DNA from: Balanoglossus misakiensis
Lineage: Eukaryota; Animalia; Hemichordata
Direction: 5' to 3'
DNA: 64,000 bases
NCBI GenBank assembly: GCA_040954595.2
Contig: CM082590.2
Location: 9,574,088-9,638,087 of the forward strand
Shown: positions 27,320 to 38,504 of the stretch, in pieces
How positions within the stretch are numbered: the first letter of the stretch is position 1
Layout: each line of letters opens with the position of its first letter
Program-made: the position numbers and the translations under genes
The notes under the pieces: model-generated
Database searches by the model: none
Told to the model about the DNA's origin: nothing
The model's input: only the letters and a program-made list of their open reading frames with translations

Positions 27320-28065
27320 TTTCTCGACTTAAAAGAACAAAGCAAGCCAGGGTAGAGTTTGACCTTTTTGACCCTGCCCTTTTTCCTTTCTCTGTCGATA
27401 GCTGGCGCTCATGAGATTCGCGCCCTCAACGTTTGATATAAAATATGCCTCCTATCTTTTGTTTGATCTAAATTTGACCCCGTCTGGGCCCCACTACACT
27501 AGCCAGTAGTCCAATCCATTTCTAGTCTTTTCCGAGCACAACTGCAACATCGTTGTCAAGGGGACGATTAACAAATTCAAGGCCTCGTTGTGTTGATATT
27601 TCTCAATAAAAGACAGCGTTTGTTTACATGTTCAATATGGTCAACAAAAAAGTTTGTTAACAAGTATATTCCATGAAATTAAATGTAAAGAAATCAGACC
27701 TTTACATAAGAGTACACATCATGCGACTCAGCAGAACAAAACAAAAATACACATACTCACAACTTTGACTTTTTGGACAAAGTCCTTTTAATAATTCTCT
27801 TTGTGTTTCAAAATGCTTCATACATGAAAGTTGCAATGGTTTTTAAAAGCCTTGTTTTAAGCAAGATATATTTCTATTTCATGGCAAAACTTCAGCCTCA
27901 AAGCATCACACTTAAGATGCTCAATCCATGGACATATAATGCAGAAGTATTGACAGAGTATTGTCTGAATGTCCTTGTGCAAGAACTGTGAAACATTTCT
28001 AAGAAAATGAGCCCTGTCTGGGACACTCAAAAATTGTGTTGTATCAACAAGTCTGACTCATCAGA

Positions 28066-30326
28066 CTAACTGGTTTTATGTATTCTAAGATGTTTGGTTA
28101 GATTTCCTTTCAATTTGCATCTGTAGCCGCAGAATTCACATTGCCATGGTTTCTCGTCGGAGTGCATCAAGAGATGTTTCTTCATGTTTGTTTTGGACGA
28201 GAATTCACGGCTGCAGAGTGGACATTTCGACTGGTTGGCTCTGGTGTGGGTGTGCAGGTGCTGCTGAAGTTTGATTCGGTTGCGAAACTCTTTCCCGCAT
28301 CGATCGCATTGAGCTCCTTCGGTGTTGTGTACGACGCGAAGGTGGTATTTGAACGATCGGTGGATAGTGAACACTTTACTGCAAATCTCGCATGTGTACA
28401 CAGTCGGGTTTTCTTCGTGTGTGGTCATGTGTTCCACCAGCTCGCAGTTGCGTTGAAATTCCTTGTTGCAGTGTTTACAGATGTGCTGTTTTACAGTATG
28501 CATATTCAGGATATGCATGCGCAGATTTGCGTCTGTCAGCAGGGTCCGATCGCAAATTTTGCATTTGTACAATTTTTCTTTAGTGTGGACGTTCATGTGT
28601 GCGTCTAGCTGATTCTTCGTGTGGAACTTTCGATCGCAGTGCGAACATTGAATCGTCTTTTCTGTATGTTCCCGTCTATGCTTCACCAAACTGTCGTTCC
28701 TCTTAAAAACCGCTTTGCAGATTTGACACTGATTCACTCCACTGTGCGCTTTCATGTGATGCCAGCGCTCTTTGCGTTCCAGAAATTCTTTTCCACACAG
28801 ATGGCAAAAGTACAGAAACATCTTAGTCACGTGATCGGAAAGCAGATGCTGGTGCATCTCCTTGTAAAACAAAGTCACACCACAGAACTGACATTTTCGA
28901 ATCTGACACGGGCCCTTCATGCGATGTATTTCGCAGTGCTGTTCTTTCTTAAATGCAAATCCGCATTTCTCACAAACGTACGGCTTGCCCTCATTCCTCT
29001 CTTCCAGAATCAATTTGATTTTCTCCCTCCAAGCTGCTAATTCTTCTTCGTTGTTAGCTGTGCATTTTCGGTGAATTAATGTTCTTCGAACTTTCGCTTC
29101 TTTCGCGGATTTCGCTGCATCTCTTCGTCGCTTCCGTGTTCTCTTCACTCTCTCTTTGTCATCTTTAGTTTTCACATCTCTTCCACCTCGAGTTTTCCTC
29201 TCAAGCCCGTCATCGCAGTCATCATTGTCCTTCTCTGCAGTTTCGCTGCCCTCAGCACTTGACCTCTGACCCTGTGACCCTCGCACCAACTCTGCTTTGT
29301 TTTCTTTCTTCACGTCATCGCGCTCATCTCCACTACTTTCTTCTTCATCGTCACTGGCGAAACTTTCATCACTCCTTTTATCATCACTGTCTTCTCCATC
29401 TTTTTCCTCTTCCTCCTTCACGTCACCATCATCACTACCACTGCCATCATCGTCACCATCATCACCACTTTCACCATCACCACCACCATCATCACAATTA
29501 TCAGCATCTTTTAAACCCTCCTCATCATCTTTCCGAGCCCCAACAACGGGAAAAGCAGTCTCTATTCCTGGTAACTGTGCCTTTTCCGGCTTTTCTTCCA
29601 TCACCACTCTTGATTCCTTTAACTCTTCTACAGGATAAGAAAATCTCTCTTCTACACCGGGCCCATTCTTCTCTGCCCCCTCAGTGAAGTTACCCATCAA
29701 ATTGGCAGGCGGACACCCCTCTCTGTAGTACACAGGTCTTCTCATTTCCTTTCTGGCTGTCGACTGAGGATGCGGGTTGGTTGATGAGATGACATCCTTT
29801 TCTTTCACATCTAATCCTCGCGATGGCTGTTTCACCAAATTACTCTGTATATGAAAATTGTACGATCGACGTTTAAGACCTGTAGTCTGGAATTCTCGGA
29901 CGAAGTCTTGACTTCCCATGTACTGTGATGATATTCCGTCCTCAGAGATGATGACAAACGCACTGCATCCTAGTTTCTCCATCAGCTCTTGAGTCTGAAA
30001 GAAAAGATAAGATGACTTCGAATTTGATCAAAACAGACAATCAAAGTAGACATTGATAATATACCCAGCCAAGTAAAGGAAGCAAACTGAATTTGAAGCT
30101 ACCCTGGCTTGACAGAGGGATGATGCAGTCTGATTTGACATGCCAGCACTATATATAATAAAGCCCTCCCCCCCCCCCCCCCCTGAGGGCCCCTCCCAAC
30201 CGCGACGGGCACTTATTATAGTCTCAGTGGTTTCTGTACACTTAATGACAACATCAAACTAACCTTCTCAAACACTGCATCCTTCAATCTAACCGACAGC
30301 CCGTTATCTGGCCCTGATGACTGCAT
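28066..30326 (-). CDS. C2H2 zinc-finger protein (cluster member 2), recent paralogue of member 1
   Basis: Exon 1 30326-30264, exon 2 29994-28066; same architecture and intron phase as member 1. Confidence 0.92.
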
Positions 30327-30560
30327 TTCCCGACTTTAAAAGAACAAAGCAAGCCAGGGTTAGAGTTTGACCTTTTTGACATTGCCCTTTTCCCTTTCTC
30401 TGTCGATAGATGGCGCTCATGAGATTCGCGCCCTCGACGTTTGATATAAAATGTGCCTCCTATCTTTTGTTTGATCTAAATTTGACCCCGTCTGGGCCCC
30501 ACTACACTAGCCAGTAGTCCTATCCATTTCTAGTCTTTTCCGAGCACAACAGCAAACATA
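30327..30560. promoter_or_regulatory. Compact bidirectional promoter between ZF members 2 and 3
   Basis: Only 234 bp between divergent ATGs at 30326 (-) and 30561 (+). Confidence 0.7.
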
Positions 30561-33102
30561 ATGGCTGAACAGAATTCGGAAGCTACTACGTTATCAAGAA
30601 GTGACTTAATAGAGGCATTTTTCGACAGGGTAGGTGACAGACACTGTACTTTGATTTGAATGACAAAAGACCCTGGCCATTTTCTTAACCAGCGCGTCGA
30701 TCACAGACGATTAACGGTCGCGCGGTCACAAAACATAGAATATCCATTGTGTTATATATTTACAGTGTATATTAAATCAGAATGTCACTGGCAGACTGAA
30801 TAATCACCAAAGAGATCACTGACGTTCGATATATTAGTTGATGATGATGCTGACCAGTGGCTCTGTTTCAATGTAATCCATTTCATATTGTACACACCCC
30901 ATTGTAGATTTCAAGCGCGTCGACTCGAGCGCGTCTGATCTTTATAATGATAAACACATGTGCATTTCTGCATTGCAAGAATGTGTCGATTTCATGGCGA
31001 TATGTCCTGTGCAGATAGGATTTTTGGCCTTTTTTGGCAACAAGAGCTTTCTTCATAAAGTTATTATGGCATAGCTGTAATACTGCTGTTATAACAAGTA
31101 TTTAGTGATTCTTATTCCTGTATTTCATGTTTTCCAGGGTCAGGAATTGATGGAAAAGCTTGGATGCCGGATGTTCCTCCTTGTATCAGAAGACGGAATG
31201 CAGTCGGAATACATGGGAAGTGAGGATTTCTTGAGGGAGTTCTACTCTTGTGGATTGAAAGTGAAACCACAAGACGTTCCCAGAAAGAGTGTGAAGCGAG
31301 CGAGGCAACCAGCGGTTTGGATCCATCCAAGCGACGGGGGAAGATATGATCAAGAAATTCTCTACAGCAGTGGACAAAATACAACACCACATTCATTATT
31401 AGTGCCACAGTCTATTGAAACTGGACAGGCAGTTTCTATGAATCCTGAGAATGGCACAAGAACAAGTAGCTCCTTTGGAACCAGAGTAGGTAAAAGTCAA
31501 TCGGGTGATAACTGCGACCAACAGGCTCTGATTGGAAGTGATGGCAACTGGCAACATCAAAAGATATTTTTGCGGCAAAGACGTTATTGTAACCAGTTGG
31601 AAATCCAGCGTCGGACTTTAAGTATGGAGAATCCTGTTGCTGCAAGTAATGAAGGGAGCAGTGATTTTAAGTCATCGTCTGCTGAACACCGCACATTAGA
31701 ATCAGATGATGGAGATGACGCTGAGTTGCCAGGCAACCAAAATGGTGATGGTGAAGAAGTTGCCATGGGTAGTTGTGAGGGGCTGGGCGGTATAGCAGCA
31801 AGGATGGAGGAGAGAAATTATGAAATGAAAGATGGAGACCGTGATACTGATATGGCTGGCTTTGAGATTAGGCAAGTTACTGATGAGTTGCCAGGCAACC
31901 AAAATGATGAGTTTGACAATAGAACGCTTGCACAAGTGAAATATCCGATTTTTGTGAAACGTGGGAAAAGGATGTACTCAGAGAAAGAGGACGAGACAAT
32001 AGACGTTGCAAAAAAGAGAAATCTTGCAAAGCGTAAAACCCAAAAATTCAATTCTGAAGAGGAGGTTGACAACCACCGAGAAAAGCTGAGAAGTTTATTC
32101 CAGGAATTCAATGAAAGTGAACAGTATGTGTGCGGGAAGTGTGGCAGATCATTCAAGCAAGTCCACGGCTTGGAGATCCATCAGGTAAAAGGGCTGTGCT
32201 CGGAATGCAAGTGTCAGTTTTGTGGGAAGAGTTTCCCGGTGAAGGAGTGGCAGGAACATTTGCTGAAGGAACACGCGGAGAAGATGCTGATCTATGACTG
32301 TCATCTGTGCGGGAAACAGTTTGTGCATCGCTCGAAGCACTACCACCACGTGCAGAACCACGACGTTGACCAACGCCCCCACACATGCGGTGTGTGCGGA
32401 GCAACATTCAAATGGCACTACTCATTGACGAAGCATTTGCAGAAACATCAAGGCGTAACGGTGAAGTGTCAGTTCTGCGATTACGAGGCTGTCACGCAAA
32501 GCGATCTGAAGAAACACGAAAAAAAGCACACCGATGACAAATACGATTGCAAGTATTGTGGGAAGAGTTTAACCAGCGAGCCTAGCTTACACAGACACAT
32601 TGAACGCTACCACGTCAAATCAAAGTATAAATGCAACATTTGTGAGAAGCAGTTTTCCATGCAACCTGAGCTGCGCGCACACATGCTGCGACGCCACCAA
32701 GAGAACCCGGAACTTCACAAATGCGAGAAATGCGACAAAGGTTTCTTGACCGCGATTCTTCTCAAAGCGCACGTGCGTGTGATCCACAGCGAAAATCCCG
32801 TTCAATGCGAAATCTGCGGCAAAAAATTCAAACACATCTCCAAGTTGAAGGTGCACATGCCCATCCACTTCAAATCCGAGTTCCAGAACCACCAGTGCGA
32901 CCTTTGCCCTCGGAAGTTCCTGTCCCGGCCGCAGCTCAACGTTCACGTGCGATCGGTGCACTCGGACGAAAGACCGTTCAAATGCGAGAAGTGCAATTAC
33001 TCCTGTAAACTGAAGGGGAATCTGACGAAACATATGAAGACACACAAAGCATCATCTGAACCTGCAGCTGAACCTGTGGCTGACAAAGGAAGCCTTCCAT
33101 AA
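30561..33102 (+). CDS. C2H2 zinc-finger protein (cluster member 3), 2 coding exons
   Basis: Exon 1 30561-30629 (MAEQNSEATTLSRSDLIEAFFDR|GTAGGT), exon 2 31138-33102 (GQELMEKLGCRMFLLVSEDG...), about 11 fingers. Confidence 0.92.
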
Positions 33103-33876
33103 TTAAAACAAAACTGACACTGTATAGTATTATCACTGAAGTACCTAAGATGCTTAGTTCATGTTGTTTATACTTGGCTGCTTGGGGTTGTTTCCTTTGA
33201 CCAAAATTATTATTGCCTCATGTATGCACATTAAAGTAATCTTCTACTGAATAAAGACATTACCTTTTGCTTAAATAAACTTGCTGTGTTTCCATTTGTT
33301 TTGATGCATCATTCCATTCCTTTCATATTTCAATATCTTGCCAGCTGCCCAGTAATGGTGAAAAAGTCAACAGAAAGTTCTGCTTTTCATAATTTTTTCT
33401 TCTTCTGATGTTCAATAAATTGCGCCATCTTGCTCGAACAGTTGATCGAGAAATAAACTCGTAACGGAGACGATGTCAGTACCAAATAATCACGGTTTCA
33501 GTGAAAAACCCACACGCCATTGACTGTACACACTCGTTCGCCGAGTTCACTGTGGTGACCCAGGTTGACCTTTAAGAGCAGGTCAAAGTTCAAATAATTA
33601 CATATCCTTCTCGATTGATTAATACACATCTATATATAACACCTATGGCTTTAGTTAAGCCACAGGGGCCCCCTGGCTAAGCCAAGACTTGTCAGCTCGT
33701 CGACAGCCTTACAAACATCATTGAAAAGATCAAAATGTCTTTCTTTTGGTGAATGTGACATTTCGCCGACGAGGGCGTGATTTTGAGGTCAAAGTTGAAA
33801 CCATAGAAAACTACGAGCGCTTGTTGACATCTGGGAAAACTCATCCTTTTACAACAACCTGAGCTTTCCTGGTACA

Positions 33877-34687
33877 ATGGATGGCATATCGAAGTTAGCA
33901 AAACCAACCTGGCCTTTGCCTTCAAATGGTTTGGATAATCAGCTTTTGGGAAAACAACTCAAAGACAGTTTATTTGCTACGGTGAGTGAGTGATTTCCTC
34001 GGGTGGACAAAGTTAGGTAGAGATCCATATTCTCTTGATAGCAGAGACCTCCGCTTTGGAAGACTAATTTCTATCCAGATCGGAGCCCAGATTCCCTGTG
34101 TGGGACTCGCGGTCTCTTTGACGGAACAGTCAAATGTGAAAATCGAAGGTTGTTGTTGTTGTCGTCGTCGTGGCAGTGGTGATTTCCACCAAAATTATTG
34201 ACCCAAACACAATAACTTCTTTTACAGTGCCGGGAATTGATGGATAAGGTCGGCTGCAATGTCTTCGTGATCATCTCCGAAGACGGAATATCATCTGAAT
34301 TTTTTGGAAGTCAAGACTTTGTTAGGGAATTCAAAGGAAGAGGATTGACTATGACTCCATGTGATGTGGAAATAAACCCTGTTACTGGTGTTTCCGGGAA
34401 AGGACCAGGAATGTCTAAATCGTCTCATGCTGGAAGCAGTCTAACTAAGGAAACAGCTGTACCCTCTGAAAGACAACGTGAACATTTGACTGGGAGAATA
34501 TTACAGGTGGAAGAAACTGATGTTGAGATGGAGACAACTTTGGAAGATCGTTTGCAAGCAGGTGAGATATCAGATGGTAAACATGATGATGTTGATGATG
34601 ATTATTTTGATGGTGATGGTGGTGATGACGATAGTGGTGATGATGGAAATGATGACGACTATGATGAAGAAGAAGATAGTGATGATG

Positions 34688-34776
<89 letters not shown>

Positions 34777-36048
34777 ATTGATGATGGTAACTTCAACAAG
34801 GACAATGGTTCAAACCATATGGAAGATCATAGACAATTGGAGGAGAGACTACACCAAACAAACAACTCGGGAGAAGTGAGCAGTGCTTATGGAGAGGCTG
34901 ATTCACTCCCACAAATAAATAACCATGGAAACAGTGATGTGTCTGATGGTGATGCAGGAGAACACTGTGATGTTGCCATTGGCGACAAAAATCTCCACAA
35001 GCAGTCTCACCAGCACAATTTGCAGATGAATGTTTTGCCTGGCAGTATTTCCAACAACTTTGGAGCTGCAGATAGCGATGATGCAAAGAGAAGGAAAATA
35101 CACAGGGAGAAGGTCAGAGAAGCGGCCATCATTATACAGAGAAATAAACCTTTCATTTGCGAGAAATGCGGTTACGGGTATCAGCTGAAACGAGGCTTGG
35201 ATTTCCACATAGCGAGCGGTGTTTGTAGGAAGAGAACTTGCCGATACTGCAAAGTCGACGTGATATTCAAAGACTGGACTGACCACGTGGCTGATGAACA
35301 TGCGCATAAGATTAAACTTTTACCTTGTCGCCGTTGTGATAAAATTTTTATAGAACGGCACGAAAGACTCCATCATATGAAAACAGAACACCAGTCTGAG
35401 ATGATCTTCCCGCAGAAAATTACTGATGAAAAGAGTCGCAGAAAAAAAGCCTTCAAGTGTCGTTTTTGTGCGCGCTCTTATGCAAAAGAATCCACGACAG
35501 CTAGACACGAAGAAAAACACATCGCCACGAGAAGGGATTCGAATACGTGTCAGTTATGCGGTAAAGAATTCAAAGGCAGGTCGATTTTCATGCGACATGT
35601 TGAAGATGTTCATTCCAAACATCATTTTCCGTGCACCGAATGCGACAAAAAGTACAGAACCAAGCTGGAATTGGATAAACACATGGAGAACCATGGTAAA
35701 CTATTCAGAACATATACCTGTACATTATGCAGCGAAACGTTCAATACGAATAATGAATATGCCCGACATCGTAAATATTTCTGTAGAAAAATCTCACGAG
35801 TTCCATTCATCTGTGAGATATGTGGCAAGAGTTTTTCCAGAAAGTATTATTTGACGTCTCATCTCAAGCAACACGAGAAACCTCGTCACAAGTGTGACCA
35901 CTGCCCTCGTGTGTTTAATCTGAAATCAACACTGACAACGCATATTCGGTCCGCGCACAGCGACGAACGACCCTGGCAGTGTGACAAATGTGGCTACCGA
36001 TGCAAACTACGAGAGAATCTTCAAAAGCATTTGAAAATTCACAAATAA
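33877..36048 (+). CDS. C2H2 zinc-finger protein (cluster member 4), 2 coding exons
   Basis: Exon 1 33877-33981 (...KQLKDSLFAT|GTGAGT), exon 2 34228-36048 (CRELMDKVGCNVFVIISEDG...), poly-Asp tract, about 10 fingers. Confidence 0.9.
34681..34773 (+). repeat. (GAT)n coding microsatellite encoding poly-Asp
   Basis: About 30 GAT codons with one GGT interruption inside ZF member 4. Confidence 0.95.
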
Positions 36049-38432
36049 TCTCACTTATGTAGATTGTTAGAAAAATGACTGAATGAAATATTTCATCCAA
36101 ATAAACCCAGCTCGACTATCTGTAATTTTTTTTATTCTGCGTATCAACCATTTTTTTTTTTTGCTTTTTAAGACAGGATTAATTAAATGAAGTGTATGAT
36201 CTTCTCAGATTGTTTGAAAATAGTTTAGTCCAGACTTGAATATACATGTATTTGTCAATAATATTAATTTTGAAGTTTTTGTGGTAAATAAATAATCTTC
36301 GATAAACTATTCAGTGTGTCGTCCATTACATAGATGTAAATACTTACATCAGAAAGTAATGGTGTCTGTACGTTCCCTGGTACAAAAACAATAGTACAAG
36401 GAAGAACTCCACACAGAGGGCACATTGCAGAAGAGTTTTTCGCTCAGCACCATCTGCCAACAAATATTTGTTTTCAAAAATCCCCCACCCACAGAAATCA
36501 AATATTCTACCCTAAAGTATAACTTGTGGCTCAGAACAGAGGCGCATATCGTGATTTCGACGGATTTGACCCCGTTTTGGAAACGTGATAGTAATATGGA
36601 ATTATTGACAGTGTCAAATGCAGCTGTTATAACACCACAGTTTTACACCAAGAGATCCTCGAGCTAAAGTTGTTGAAAAGTAACGTGAAATTGCCAGTGG
36701 TTCCACAAACACGGAATATAGACTCAACACACATCAAAATCAAGTAGGGAGAAGTATTCTCCTTGATGATGAAGCAATCACATCGCAGCAAAACATGTAC
36801 GACTAAAACGTCAGCCTGTTTAGGTTTTTACTAATACTATTGTCCAAAATCATTGGGCTTTTACCACACCAGTTTCCATCATTTCGATCGCTCTCTCATC
36901 GTTGAAGGAAAGGATAGTAAATCATTATATACAAGAAAAAATAATAATACCACGATTTATCTGAACTCGATAATTATGTAAATATTACCCACAATACAGC
37001 AATACATGCACTGAAACGTGAGTGTGTTCGTGTTTTTTTATTTTTGCAATTTTCTCATCCACTTGTCAAATATCTTAAGGCTTTCAAAACACATTTCCAT
37101 TTCAACTGCTTTTTACATCATTTGGGGGAAATGGTATTAAATCGAATTTGCCTTCGGGGTTTATACAGAAATTGATTTTTAGGCCATAAAGAGAAATAAT
37201 ATTGTTACGCGCACTCATTTTTCCGAGTTTGAATTTTATTCCTAGTTTTTATAATTGAAACTTCCACCTTATAGTTGCTTAATTCTGTCGGTACGTTACT
37301 CTGTAGGGAAGTAGTTTTTCTGTTACCTATTTTCTTTTGCAATAATTTTTGAATTTCAAACTAAACAATTTTCTCTTTCAATCAAAATTTTGCACGGTGA
37401 CCCTCAATCTTTCTTCTCAATTTAATAGAGAGTAAAATATATAAGAGAAGACTGATTTTTGAGGCGTGTTCTACCTCAAGACAGAAGAATCACAATTTCT
37501 ACATACATTCTACTCTCCACAAAAAATCATCGAAACGATGTGTTCATACTTGGCCGTACGGTGAAACATCACCATGGGCTATTTATATCCCTGGGCATTC
37601 TTACAATTAGTCTAGTTAACGGATGAATAGATGGATGGATAAATGGATGGAAGAACGAATGAATGAAACAGCTTAATTGGGAACAAGTGCAGGCATAATA
37701 AAATATGATTTCCGCCCTCTTGGAATTCATCGTGACAGGAACACCTGTTGGGATGCCATTGTCTCTGCTTATTCACTCGAATCTCAGGTCCCCTCACAAT
37801 CATTGAAAAACAGTCTGTTATAACTCGTGCACGGAAAACAGTACAAGACCTTTTAAATCCCCATGAGCTGAAACTCGACAAAATGTGTTAAGCTTTAAAA
37901 AAATCGTGGATATGCTTTTAATTCTGTCTATTTAAATGACATTGCCTGATACTGATAGCCTGATAGTATATCGAGATAGCTTATTTATGACGATTGGCCA
38001 AAAAATAACAGAAATATCATTTCAGCCGAAAATTGCGCGTCATAATTTATTTCTGATATCATAGATCGAGATGGGAAAATACCCATGCTAAGGGTCGATA
38101 TTTACTGTACAATTTACTTTCGATTTCCTATATCCTGAAAAGTAATTGAATTGAAGATTTTCGATTGAAAAAACTATGTGCTTACCGCGTCACGTGGGTT
38201 AACGTTACTTTATTAGTTTTCCTGTTTGACCTAAATGAATTGTGTAAATCTATGCAATTATACTCAGAACAGACAGAATGAAAATGGAAGACTTAAGGAC
38301 AGGTGTTATATATTATTTCGCTTTCCCTGGTTATATTCTGGAAGTCGGCAATGTGATCTTAGGTGTAAGTTTTCCATGCTATGCTATCTCAATATGATGT
38401 TGGTAGATGAAGAAAAATCGTGAATGAAAAGT

Positions 38433-38504
38433 AAATTCCAGTCCGGACTTGAAACAAATGTCAACAATACCGATGATGATTATTACAAGTCCGGGCTGGA
38501 ATTT
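38433..38504. repeat. Short inverted repeat / hairpin-type interspersed element
   Basis: aaattccagtccggacttg (38433-38451) pairs with caagtccgggctggaattt (38486-38504); single arms recur near 49862 and 50225. Confidence 0.6.

Larger units (their letters stand above)
24658..30550. repeat. Recent ~2.9 kb tandem duplication carrying a whole zinc-finger gene
   Basis: Unit 1 ~24658-27542 and unit 2 ~27710-30550 align across 3' flank, CDS, intron, first exon and promoter. Confidence 0.92.

Noticed and set aside
37138-37480. Possible decayed TTAA-flanked (Kolobok-like) DNA element
   Set aside because: Terminal inverted repeats too degenerate to support from this window alone.
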